Assembly (NCBI GenBank): GCA_036406775.1
Contig: DASXAI010000158.1
Coordinates: 1 to 34,244 of the forward strand
Reading direction: 5' to 3'
DNA length: 34,244 bases
Origin: Acidimicrobiales bacterium
GTDB lineage: Bacteria; Actinomycetota; Acidimicrobiia; Acidimicrobiales; Ilumatobacteraceae
In this document: positions 19,301-27,149 of the stretch, one piece after another
Position numbering within the stretch: the stretch's first letter is position 1
Layout of the letters: every line of letters begins with the position of its first letter
The notes under the pieces: generated by a model
What the model saw: the letters and a program-made list of their open reading frames with translations, nothing else
Told to the model about the DNA's origin: nothing
Database searches by the model: none
Position numbers and translations under genes: made by a program

Positions 19301-19321
19301 GAGGACGGCGAACTCCAACAC
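16307..19321 (-). CDS. AfsR/SARP-family regulator: OmpR-type winged helix + BTAD + NB-ARC/STAND P-loop ATPase + TPR
   Basis: N-terminus LEFAVLGPLEVRRAG...ALQVNISYLRKAL, then a BTAD region (ALALWRGEPFQDVAYEPFVDAEVQRLYELR), a P-loop (LTGPGGMGKTRLA), and a TPR-like helical C-terminus. GTG start at 19321. Confidence 0.9.
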   Translation of the reverse strand: MLEFAVLGPLEVRRAGAVVPLRRGRPRTALSSLLLHAGHAVAADVLIEQLWRDDLPGNAANALQVNISYLRKALDLPSDGPAPALRTIGGGYVLDVPAEAIDAARFEAAVAAAGRRLEQPAWESARTALDQLGDALALWRGEPFQDVAYEPFVDAEVQRLYELRATALEHTVEARLALGEHDSAVALLRQLVADFPLRERFRAQLVLALYRSGRQAEALRAFDEARQHLVDELGIEPGRELQALRLAVLEQRSELDWTPPPTAARHGIADGPDGGSSPSRGTRRAALPATTTRLVGRGNEVARVRAAVGRDRLVTLTGPGGMGKTRLALAVAHADAEHGTAWLVELGDVSDPSVVPLEVARALGVMSGPDPLEAVTFHIGHRAALLVLDTCEHLLDVCASVAHRLLRDCPSLHILATSREALGIAGEVAWPVPPLGLPYHDAPFEEVRDSDAVTLFVERARAVRPGFELDPSNVAAVADICRRLDGLPLAIELAAARTAVLSPPAILERLDDRFAVLRRPGRAGERRQQSLRATIAWSIDLLDADERAFFRRVSVFAGRFSLPAAAVVAGHGLDSDPLDLLTSMVGRSLVVADGDDSYRMLDSLRAYAATALEEQPADSDATFDRMARWVTAHATEADARLRGPEQQPTLARLRRQMPNMRAALEWCWSGGDRALGAELAASLGWYWALEGENPEAVRWLTRAVDVVEIDAPLKARLLELTGIHVGVLDVVEAQALLQRAVTAWRELGTPEESVVALVYLGMNDRWLGDLDAAATRQDEAIALATSRNDDWGLAWGLLWRAVTSADEGDEAGAVELLERSRRHAERAGDPCFVGWILKELAAAALRVGRVDDALGLIGESIDILEPTGWNQGLAAALTEAGRALVVKGSVAGALVHHRRALRTATDLGQPSAIADALEGMAEASAASGDDRDAAELLGSAAAVRARMSAPKRSPQSDRALDTLAARLRDALGARDYSQALARGQRLTPTEVIVRYGAAAPVSDV

Positions 19322-19358
19322 CGGCGAGGCTACCGCCGCGACGGATGACCTTCGTGGG

Positions 19359-22300
19359 TCAGGCGTTCGCGGTCGTGGTGGTCGTGCTCTCCGCGGGTGC
19401 GGCCGTGACGGTGGTGCTGGTGGCGATCGACGCCGCCTGCGCCGCCAGTTGATAGGCCTGGTTGATCTTGGTCTGGTACGTGCCGAGGTCGCCGTTCTTC
19501 AAGGCCGTCTGGGCGTCGGCGTACGCCTGGTTGGCCTGCTGCAGGAGCTGCTCGATGTTGGGAACCGCACCGGGAGCCAACGTGGTGGCGGGCGGCGGTG
19601 AGGTCGAGGGACCGGGAGCGGCGGTCGTCGCCGGCGCCGTAGTCGTCGCGCCGTTGCCATCGCCGCTCGGCGTGGCCTCAGGCGGCGTGATGACGCCGCC
19701 GCCGACCACCGTGCCGAGATCGAGCTGCACGCCGAACGCTTGCTGCAGCGCGTCCTCGAGCGAGGCACCGAGGTAGCTCGACTGCCCGTACGTCAACGAC
19801 ACCTGCCGCACGACCGGCACCGCGGTCTGGCCGGTCGACTGGACGTACCACGTGCGGACGTACATGAGGTTGTTGCCGATCGGGAGGATCTGCTCGTCGC
19901 CGAACGTCACCCGCGAGCCAGCCTGGTCGATGAGCGTCAACTGTTGGGCGAACTGAGCCTTCATCTGCGAGTCGGCCAAGGACGGGCCCGGTGGCAACGG
20001 ATTGTTCAATCGATAGACGCGTAACTTCCCGTAGTCGGATGGATCGCTCGACACGGTCATGAACGCCGACAACGTCTTCAACGAGTCGTCGTCGGAGAAG
20101 GGAACGAAGGAACGCATCGAAACGAACTCGAGCTGGCTCGACCCCGGTTGCACCATCAGCGTGTAGTACGGCGGCACGCGCGACTCCCGGGTGCTGGGGA
20201 GAACCGCGCCGGGAACCACCGAATTGGCGGCGACGGCGGCGGCCCGCGACTCCTGCTCCTTCGGCGGGTTCTGCGCCACGTTCCAGGCGTCGCTGCGCTG
20301 GTAGAAGTCGCCCGGATCCTGGATGTGGTAGCGGCCCCACACGTTGGTCTGGACCCGGAACAGATCGTCGGGGTAGCGGAAGTGGGCCTTCAACTCGGCC
20401 GGCGCTTGGTCTCCCGGCGTGAACAGCTTGGGGAAGGCCTTCGACCAGGCCCGGACGAGCGGATCGCTCTGGTCGATCACATAGAACGTGACGTCTCCGT
20501 TGTAGGCATCGACGACGGCCTTGACCGAGTTGCGCACGTAGTTGAACCGGTGGTCGAGGCCACTGCCCGACGGCAACTGGTCGGTGTCGGCCCGCTGCGC
20601 GTACGGATACTGATCCGTGGTGGTGTAGCCGTCGATCACGAACTTGAGCTGCCCGTTCACGATCACCGGATACGGGTTGCTGTCGAAGTCGAGGAACGGC
20701 GCCAGCAGGTGGACACGGCTCCGCACGTCGCGCACGTAGAGGATGCGTGACTGGCCGGTGATGAGGCCCGAGCTGAAGAGGTTGATCTCACCGAAGCGAA
20801 GAGCGAAGGCGATGCGCCGGACGGTGGAGCCCATGCTGACGCCGCCGGTGCCCGTGTAGCTCACCTGCTGGTCCTGGCCCGATGCGCTGTAGGAGATCTC
20901 GCTGCGCTTGGTGGCGACGACGGCGTAGTCGCTCAGCTTCTCGCCGAAGTACACGGCCGGCTGCTCGAGGTACGGCGCCGTGTTCGACTGCGTCGTCGGG
21001 TCGAGGAAGTTCGGCTGGCCGGTGTTCGTTACCTGGCTGCCGGGCGCCAAGGCCACCCCGTAGCCGTGGGTGTAGGCGAGGTGCCGGTTCTCCCACGTGT
21101 TGCCGGGCAGGCCGGTGGGGTTCAGCTCTCGGGCGGCCAGCACCACCTGTTGCTCGCGGCCGTCGACCTGGTAGCGGTCGACGTCGAGCGAGTCGATCTG
21201 GTAGTAGCCGCGGAGCGCCTGGAGCTTCTGGTACGTGCTGGCCATCGCCTCGGTGTCGATGAGGCGGACGTTCTGCAACGTCTCCTGATTGGGCGCCAAT
21301 TCGGACGATTCGATCGGATCCTGTGTGTACAGGATCTCCTCCACGTTGCTGAGACCCATCGCCGCGCGCGTAGCCGCGATGTTGCGCTCGATGTAGGGCC
21401 GCTCCTTCGTCGACTCCGCCGGCTGCACCTGGAAGCGCTGGACGAAGGCGGGGTAGGCGGCTCCGGCCACGACGGCGACGAGCCCCCACAGGCCCACGGC
21501 GATCACCGGTAAGCGCCATCCGCGCTGCCACACGTTGATGATCAGCAGGACCGCGGCCAGCAAGGAGATGAGGAAGAGGAGGTTGATCGCCGGCAGTTGG
21601 GCGTTGACGTCGGTGTAGGTGGCGCCGTCGACGACGCCGCGAGTCGACGTCACGAGCTTGTAACGCTGGAGCCAGTACCCGGCCGCCTTCAACAGGGCGA
21701 GGATCGCCAGCAGGACGGACAGGTGCAGCTTCACCTGCGGGGTGACTCGCCGGCCCTGCACCTGTAGGCGGATCCCGCCGTTCAGGTAATGGGCCACCGC
21801 CGTGACGACGAGGATGATGACCAGCGCCGCAAACAGCCAGTCGACGATGAACGTCAGGAACGGCAGCTTGAAGACGTAGAACCCGATGTCGACGCCGAAC
21901 TCGGCGTCCTTCTGGCCGAACGACACGCTGTGGGTGAAGAGGAGCCAGTCCTTCCACTGGCTCGACACCGGGATACCGGCGACCAGTCCGAACAGCAGAC
22001 CGATGCTGATGCGGAAGAGCCAGGCCCGCCGGCCCACGATCTGCTGGTAGCGCTCGATGAACTGCTCCTCGGGCCCTGGGGCGCGGGTGCGGGGCGCCAG
22101 CCGGTCAGCGATCCAGAGGTTGAGGACCAGCAGCCCGGCGAACAGCACGGTGAAGATGGCGGCGAGGGCGATCTTGGCGCCGAGGACGCCCCAGAAGACG
22201 TCGGTCTGACCGAGGGCGTCGTACCAGAGCTCGTCGGTGTAGAAGCCGGCGATCCCCCGTGCTGACAGGAACAGCAGGACGACGAGGACGACGGCGGCGA

Positions 22301-22376
22301 TGAGGAGGATCCGCCCTCGGTTCGACAACCGGCGTCGGCGCCGCTTGCGCTGCGGCAGCTCCGAGGGCACTCGCAC
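19359..22376 (-). CDS. UPF0182-family polytopic membrane protein (Rv3193c-like)
   Basis: RKRRRRRLSNRGRILLIAAVVLVVLL, then FYTDELWYDALGQTDVFWGVLGAKI and multiple TM segments in the first ~300 aa, followed by a large extracytoplasmic domain. This layout is typical of UPF0182. The Thr/Pro/Ala-rich C-terminal tail is lineage-specific. Confidence 0.88.
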   Translation of the reverse strand: MRVPSELPQRKRRRRRLSNRGRILLIAAVVLVVLLFLSARGIAGFYTDELWYDALGQTDVFWGVLGAKIALAAIFTVLFAGLLVLNLWIADRLAPRTRAPGPEEQFIERYQQIVGRRAWLFRISIGLLFGLVAGIPVSSQWKDWLLFTHSVSFGQKDAEFGVDIGFYVFKLPFLTFIVDWLFAALVIILVVTAVAHYLNGGIRLQVQGRRVTPQVKLHLSVLLAILALLKAAGYWLQRYKLVTSTRGVVDGATYTDVNAQLPAINLLFLISLLAAVLLIINVWQRGWRLPVIAVGLWGLVAVVAGAAYPAFVQRFQVQPAESTKERPYIERNIAATRAAMGLSNVEEILYTQDPIESSELAPNQETLQNVRLIDTEAMASTYQKLQALRGYYQIDSLDVDRYQVDGREQQVVLAARELNPTGLPGNTWENRHLAYTHGYGVALAPGSQVTNTGQPNFLDPTTQSNTAPYLEQPAVYFGEKLSDYAVVATKRSEISYSASGQDQQVSYTGTGGVSMGSTVRRIAFALRFGEINLFSSGLITGQSRILYVRDVRSRVHLLAPFLDFDSNPYPVIVNGQLKFVIDGYTTTDQYPYAQRADTDQLPSGSGLDHRFNYVRNSVKAVVDAYNGDVTFYVIDQSDPLVRAWSKAFPKLFTPGDQAPAELKAHFRYPDDLFRVQTNVWGRYHIQDPGDFYQRSDAWNVAQNPPKEQESRAAAVAANSVVPGAVLPSTRESRVPPYYTLMVQPGSSQLEFVSMRSFVPFSDDDSLKTLSAFMTVSSDPSDYGKLRVYRLNNPLPPGPSLADSQMKAQFAQQLTLIDQAGSRVTFGDEQILPIGNNLMYVRTWYVQSTGQTAVPVVRQVSLTYGQSSYLGASLEDALQQAFGVQLDLGTVVGGGVITPPEATPSGDGNGATTTAPATTAAPGPSTSPPPATTLAPGAVPNIEQLLQQANQAYADAQTALKNGDLGTYQTKINQAYQLAAQAASIATSTTVTAAPAESTTTTTANA

Positions 22377-22387
22377 GGCGGGCGAGG

Positions 22388-24085
22388 CTAGCCCTCAGGT
22401 ACGGCGATTCCGCAGCGGCACCCCGGGTGCGCGGGCGCGTGGCAGTGGCCGGTCGGGAAGGGCTGACCAGCCAGAATGACGCCGGCCAACGCGTTGTCGT
22501 CGGCGTCGGGGCACATCGGCCCCTCAGGGTCGACGACCGAGCGGATGGGCGTGCCGGCGGCGAGGGCGTCGTACGCGCCGCGGCCGTGGGCGACGAGCAC
22601 GAGATGGGCGGCGATTTCGTCGGCGCGCTGCGTCCGCCACTCGCGGTAACCGGCCCGCAGCGTGGCACCGGCCTCGACGGCGTCACCGCCGGCGTCCTCG
22701 AGCGCTTTGGCCAGGCGCTCCCGTAACGGCACCACGAACTCGGCCGTGACATCGTCGAGCACCTGTTGCTGCACCTCGCTCGAGGGCACGTCCCGGTCCG
22801 GGCCGACCGAGGCGGCGCCGGCGAGGGCAGCCGCCCGCACATCGGCGGTGATGGCGGAGCGATAGCGCTCGGCGTGGTCGGCCTCGACGCCGACGAGGGC
22901 GTCGAGGTGGGCGACGTCGTCGGGCGTCTTGGCTCGGCGCAGGGCGTCGAGCACCTCGTTCTGCTCGTTGGTGAGGGCCCGCTTCAGGCTGCGGGCCATC
23001 GACCGTTGGATCGGGTCGAGGGCGCCGGCCCGGTCGACGAGGTAGGCCGCGTCGGGGTCGAGGGCTTCCAGCTCCGGCTCGGCCTCGGGCTCGATCTCCG
23101 TCTGCTCATCGCTTGTGTCGGGTTCCGGGGCGGTTTCCGCACCATCGGGCGCCACTGGCGTGGAGTGGGCGGTGGCCGGGCCGGCGGCGCGGAGCTTGGC
23201 GAAGAGATCGTCGACGCTGTCACGCTGATCCGGCTCGGCCGGGGCGTCGGAGTCGAGCTCGCCTGCATACGTGAGAGCCGGCCCCTCACCCAGGTGGATC
23301 GCCACCGCCGGCTCGCCCTCGCGTGTGTCGGGTTCTGGGGCGGTTTGCGCACCAACGGGCGCCACAGGCGGGAAATGGGGCACGGCTTCGGCGGCGTCGG
23401 CGGCGACGGCGGCCACGGCCTCGTCGACGGTCTCGACCTCGGAGGTGTCGGAGGGATCGGGGGCGGCGGCGCGCAGATCGGCGACGATGTCGTCGGCGGT
23501 GCGGCCGGCCTCTTCGAAGACGGCGATGAGCCGGTCGCGGTCGGCGCGCAGGCGAGCGAGCTGCGACCGTCCGAGGTCGCGGCGCCGGGCCAGGTCGGTG
23601 AGCATGCGATCCCGGACGGCCCGGGCCTCGGCCACCATCTGGCGACCCTCCTGCTTGGCCGCCTCGATCGCGGCGGCGCTGTCGGTGGCGGCTTCCTGGC
23701 GCATCCGGACGGCGTCGAGCGTCGCCTCTTCGCGCCGCTGCGTGGCCTCGTCCTGGGCCTCGCGCAGCAGCCGCTCGGCGCCCTCCTCGGCCTTGGCCTT
23801 CATCTGCGTGGCCGCCTCGCGCGCCGTCGACAGGACCCGCGCCGCCTCCTCGCCGAGGAGATCGGCCACCATGCCCTCGTCGAGCGCGGTGCCTTCGGAA
23901 CGTAGGGCCGCCAGCTCGTCGGCGAGCCGTGTGTTCTCGTCCTGCAACCGGCGCACCTCGCCGGCGAGGCGATCGAGCAACGACCGGACCTCGTCGCGGT
24001 CGTAACCGCGGCGGTGGATGCTGAAGTCGGCACCGGCGATCGACGCCGGCGACGTCGTGTCAACGCGCGACGGAGTCATGACCAT
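22388..24085 (-). CDS. DivIVA-domain protein with an acidic repeat linker and a phage Mu-F/SPP1-gp7-like C-terminal domain
   Basis: N-terminal DivIVA signature ADFSIHRRGYDRDEVRSLLDRLAGEVRRLQDEN plus a long coiled coil. The C-terminus ...RADEIAAH...MCPDADDNALAGVILAGQPFPTGHCHAPAHPGCRCGIAVPEG resembles the ...C..C..L.G....F....PP.HPNCRC ending of the Phage_Mu_F domain. Start is ATG 24085 or 24079. Confidence 0.8.
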   Translation of the reverse strand: MVMTPSRVDTTSPASIAGADFSIHRRGYDRDEVRSLLDRLAGEVRRLQDENTRLADELAALRSEGTALDEGMVADLLGEEAARVLSTAREAATQMKAKAEEGAERLLREAQDEATQRREEATLDAVRMRQEAATDSAAAIEAAKQEGRQMVAEARAVRDRMLTDLARRRDLGRSQLARLRADRDRLIAVFEEAGRTADDIVADLRAAAPDPSDTSEVETVDEAVAAVAADAAEAVPHFPPVAPVGAQTAPEPDTREGEPAVAIHLGEGPALTYAGELDSDAPAEPDQRDSVDDLFAKLRAAGPATAHSTPVAPDGAETAPEPDTSDEQTEIEPEAEPELEALDPDAAYLVDRAGALDPIQRSMARSLKRALTNEQNEVLDALRRAKTPDDVAHLDALVGVEADHAERYRSAITADVRAAALAGAASVGPDRDVPSSEVQQQVLDDVTAEFVVPLRERLAKALEDAGGDAVEAGATLRAGYREWRTQRADEIAAHLVLVAHGRGAYDALAAGTPIRSVVDPEGPMCPDADDNALAGVILAGQPFPTGHCHAPAHPGCRCGIAVPEG

Positions 24086-24127
24086 CGGGCCAGCGTAGGT
24101 GGCGGACCCAGTCGCCGAGTGGCATGG

Positions 24128-25273
24128 TCAGGCCGCTGGTTTGAACTCCGCTCCCGGCTGGCCGAGGTCGAGGGCGTTGCCCCCGAGCGACGCCAGCTCC
24201 TTCAGCGCGTCGTCGAGCGTGTTGACACCGACGACCTTGAGGTTGCTCCCCCGCGCCGCCGCCTCGGCCTCGGCCTGCTCGGACGCGGGCACGAGGAACA
24301 CCTTGGCGCCCGTGCGCATGACGGCGACGGTCTTCTGCTTCACCCCGCCGATCTCACCGACATTCCCCGTCGGCGTGATCGTGCCCGTGGCGGCGACCTT
24401 CACGCCGCCGCTCAGGTCGCCCGGCGTCAGCGCGTCGAGCAGGCCCAGCGTGAAGGCGAGGCCGGCCGACGGCCCGCCGATCTGCCCCGAGTCGATGTCG
24501 ACCTTGAACGGGAAGGAGAAGGTGATGCTGTCGGGCGGCGACGGGTTCGGGTAGAAGCCGACGATGGGCCGACCGTCGCTCGACTGCACCAGCTGCGACT
24601 GCACCGTGATCGGCTGCCCGTCACGCGTGATCGACAGCGTGATCGGATCGCCGACCTGCTTGCCGGTGAGGATCGCCGACAGGTCCGGGATCACGTTCAC
24701 GGGCGTGCCGTTGACGGCCGTGATGACGTCGTTCACCTTCAGCTTGTCGGACACCGGCGACGGCATGGTGCACGTGCCGTTGGCGTCGGTCTGCAGGCAC
24801 AGGCTCTGCACCACGACACCGCCGTGGTCGACCGTGACGGGGTACCCGAGATGCTTCAGGGCCACGTAGGCCGCGAAGTCCTTCGAGTACGACATCAGCC
24901 TGAGGTTTTCCTGGCGGTTCTCCGCCGGGGTCTGGCTCCCGAAGACCTGCTGCTCGGTGAAGACATCGACCTTCGACGGGTTGAGCTTCCCGACCAGCCA
25001 GCCGAGCGCCGTCAACCTCGGCAGGCCGACGGTGACGAACAGCACCTGGCCGTTGACCGGGAACGTCTTCACCCCGTCGATGGCGATGCGGGGACTGGTC
25101 GGGCGGGCGTCGCCCGGGGCATAGGCGACGAAGGGAACCGGGATGAACGAGGCGCCGATCACCGCGATGGAGATGAGGGCGGCCACGACCAACAGGGGGA
25201 TCCACCAGCGCCGCCGAGGCATGGCGGCCTGTGCCGGGGGCATCACAGGGGGCGGAGTTACCATCGTTGTCAC
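24128..25273 (-). CDS. PDZ domain + Lon-like S16 serine peptidase, membrane-anchored (YlbL/SepM/Rv3194c-like)
   Basis: N-terminal TM segment (RRRWWIPLLVVAALISIAVIGASF), a PDZ region (VNDVITAVNGTPV), and a Lon C-terminal proteolytic motif (GPSAGLAFTLGLLDAL...ATGTI...G.V..IGGV.QK). The start is ambiguous: GTG 25273, ATG 25264, 25243 or 25222. Confidence 0.88.
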   Translation of the reverse strand: MTTMVTPPPVMPPAQAAMPRRRWWIPLLVVAALISIAVIGASFIPVPFVAYAPGDARPTSPRIAIDGVKTFPVNGQVLFVTVGLPRLTALGWLVGKLNPSKVDVFTEQQVFGSQTPAENRQENLRLMSYSKDFAAYVALKHLGYPVTVDHGGVVVQSLCLQTDANGTCTMPSPVSDKLKVNDVITAVNGTPVNVIPDLSAILTGKQVGDPITLSITRDGQPITVQSQLVQSSDGRPIVGFYPNPSPPDSITFSFPFKVDIDSGQIGGPSAGLAFTLGLLDALTPGDLSGGVKVAATGTITPTGNVGEIGGVKQKTVAVMRTGAKVFLVPASEQAEAEAAARGSNLKVVGVNTLDDALKELASLGGNALDLGQPGAEFKPAA

Positions 25274-25594
25274 GTGTCGACCTCAGCGCTGACCATTTGG
25301 GCCTTGGTCGTGGCCGGAGCATCGGTGCTCCTGCTCGTCGCCGTCGACCACAGAAAGCCTGCCAGACGGCGTGCCGTCGCCAAGCGCGGGGTGCCCCTCC
25401 CCTGGCGCCCGCCCATGGTGCAGACCGTCGAGCAGCGGCCGGTGCGCCGCTACAAGCCGCCCCGCTGGTGGCAGCGGCTGGCGTCGATCACCGGAGCGGG
25501 GATCCTCGGCGTGGTGCTGGGCGCCGTGCTGGCCGTCGGTGTCGCCGCCGTTGTGGTCGGCCTGTTCCTCCTGCTCGACAACGCCGTCAAGTGA
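25274..25594 (+). CDS. Small two-TM membrane protein (106 aa)
   Basis: This is the in-frame C-terminal part of shadow ORF 24014..25594. From GTG 25274 it reads VSTSALTIWALVVAGASVLLLVAVDHRKPARRR...ITGAGILGVVLGAVLAVGVAAVVVGLFLLLDNAVK. GC3 is high and there are two clear hydrophobic helices. Confidence 0.5.
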   Translation: MSTSALTIWALVVAGASVLLLVAVDHRKPARRRAVAKRGVPLPWRPPMVQTVEQRPVRRYKPPRWWQRLASITGAGILGVVLGAVLAVGVAAVVVGLFLLLDNAVK

Positions 25595-26169
25595 GTCGGC
25601 GCCGGGACGTCGTCGTCGCCGGCCATCGGGGCGACGAGGCCACCGCCCGCGCCGGCCTGGCCGGCCCGGACGCCAAGGTCCGGGCCAGCGCCTTGGGCGC
25701 CCTCGACCGCATCGGCGTGCTCGACGACGCCACCCTGCTCCAGGCCACCGCTGACGCCGAGCCCCTGGTGCGGCGCCGTGCCGCTCACTTGACGGCCCGG
25801 CACCGCGCCGTGTCGCCCGGGCCGCTGCTCGACGACCCAGATCCGTCGGTCGTGGAGATGGCCGCTTTCGCCTGCGGCGAACAGGAGCGCGCCGATCCCG
25901 AGATCGTGGCCCGCCTCGCCGCGCTCGCCGTCGACCATCCCGATGCCCTCGTGCGGGAGGCCGCCGTCGCCGCCCTGGGCGCCATCGGCGACCCGGCCGG
26001 GCTGCCGGCCATCCTCGCCGCCACCCGGGACAAGCCGGCCATTCGCCGCCGCGCCGTGATCGCTCTTACGCCGTTCGACGGGCCGGAGGTCGACGAGGCG
26101 CAGGCCCGGGCCCGCCACGATCGCGACTGGCAGGTGCGCCAGGTCGCCGAGGACATCGACGACGCCTGA
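25591..26169 (+). CDS. HEAT-repeat protein
   Basis: GTG 25591 overlaps the preceding stop (GTGA). Repeated units: D..VRASALGALDRIG, EPLVRRRAAHL, DPSVVEMAAFACGE, DALVREAAVAALGAIGDPAGLPAIL, KPAIRRRAVIAL and DWQVRQVAE. The track ORF 25231.. upstream part is out-of-context shadow. Confidence 0.75.
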   Translation: MSRRRDVVVAGHRGDEATARAGLAGPDAKVRASALGALDRIGVLDDATLLQATADAEPLVRRRAAHLTARHRAVSPGPLLDDPDPSVVEMAAFACGEQERADPEIVARLAALAVDHPDALVREAAVAALGAIGDPAGLPAILAATRDKPAIRRRAVIALTPFDGPEVDEAQARARHDRDWQVRQVAEDIDDA

Positions 26170-26172
26170 AGG

Positions 26173-26619
26173 TCAGGCGCCGTAGCGGTAGACGGTCGAC
26201 TCGCGGGCTTTGAAGCCGAGCCGTTGGTAGAGCCGGTTGGCGGCTTGGCGTGAGGGGCGCGAGGTCAGGTCGACGGTGCGAGCGCCGTGTTCGTCGGCGG
26301 CATCGATGGCGGCCCGGTTGAGCGCCTCGCCGACGCCGTGGCCCCGGGCCGCGCTGTCGACGACGACGTCCTCGATCCAGGCCCGCATTCCGGTCGGCAG
26401 CCGGAACAGCACCAGCGTGAGGCTGCCGACGATGCGGCCCTCGACCCGAGCGACGAACAGCATGGTGGCCGGTGAATCGATGATCGCGCCCAGCTGCTCC
26501 TCCGTGAGCGGGGGCGCCGACGACGACAGCTGCGGCAGCAGTTCGCGCATCGCCGTCACCAGTTCGGGCGTGACCGCGGTGGCGACCTCGATCGCAGGCT
26601 CGGGCACGGCCGGCGACAC
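26173..26619 (-). CDS. GNAT-family N-acetyltransferase
   Basis: Acetyl-CoA-binding core: IEDVVVDSAARGHGVGEALNRAAIDAADEHGARTVDLTSRPSRQAANRLYQRLGF. Start taken at GTG 26619 (Val35 of the track ORF), just downstream of the VOC gene stop (26648). Confidence 0.8.
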   Translation of the reverse strand: MSPAVPEPAIEVATAVTPELVTAMRELLPQLSSSAPPLTEEQLGAIIDSPATMLFVARVEGRIVGSLTLVLFRLPTGMRAWIEDVVVDSAARGHGVGEALNRAAIDAADEHGARTVDLTSRPSRQAANRLYQRLGFKARESTVYRYGA

Positions 26620-26647
26620 TAGCGGCGGCTCGCGCGACCCACCGGGC

Positions 26648-27121
26648 CTAGCCCGAGCCGTATCGCGCCACCTCGGCGTCGAGATCGAGGCGCTGCGTGA
26701 CCGCACCGTGCTCGGCCTCACCCCACTGCTCCTTGGGCACGCTCCACATGACCTCGAACTCGATGCCGTCGGGATCCTTGGCGTACAAGCTCTTGGACAC
26801 CCCGTGGTCGGAAGCGCCCACCAGCGCGCCGGCCTCGCGGAGTCGAGCCCGCAGTGAGGCCAGGTCCTCGATCGTGGTCACCTCCCAGGCGATGTGGTAG
26901 AGGCCGACGAAACGGCCCTCGGTGGGCGGTCCGGCCTGGGCGCCGACGGTGAAGAAGGCGATGTCATGGTGGTTGTCCGACCCGGGCGCCCGGAGGAAGG
27001 CGTAGCGGCCGGCCTCGTCGACGCTGACGGGTTGGAAGCCGAGCACCTGCTCGTAGAACTGTGACGTTCGAGCGGCATCCCGCACGTACAGGACCGCGTG
27101 GTTCATGCGATTGATGGTCAC
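26648..27121 (-). CDS. VOC-family (glyoxalase/bleomycin-resistance/extradiol dioxygenase fold) protein
   Basis: MNHAVLYVRDAARTSQFYEQVLGF...YHIAWEV...HGVSKSLYAKDPDGIEFEV. GTG 27121 has an AGGAGAGG Shine-Dalgarno 7 nt upstream. ATG 27106 is the alternative start. Confidence 0.85.
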   Translation of the reverse strand: MTINRMNHAVLYVRDAARTSQFYEQVLGFQPVSVDEAGRYAFLRAPGSDNHHDIAFFTVGAQAGPPTEGRFVGLYHIAWEVTTIEDLASLRARLREAGALVGASDHGVSKSLYAKDPDGIEFEVMWSVPKEQWGEAEHGAVTQRLDLDAEVARYGSG

Positions 27122-27149
27122 GACCTGACCTCTCCTACTGTGCGTCGCC

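Noticed and set aside
24014-25273. The N-terminal 420 codons of track ORF 24014..25594
   Set aside because: They are antisense to the PDZ/Lon-S16 gene and low-complexity. Only the last 106 codons, from GTG 25274, look like a real gene (a two-TM protein).
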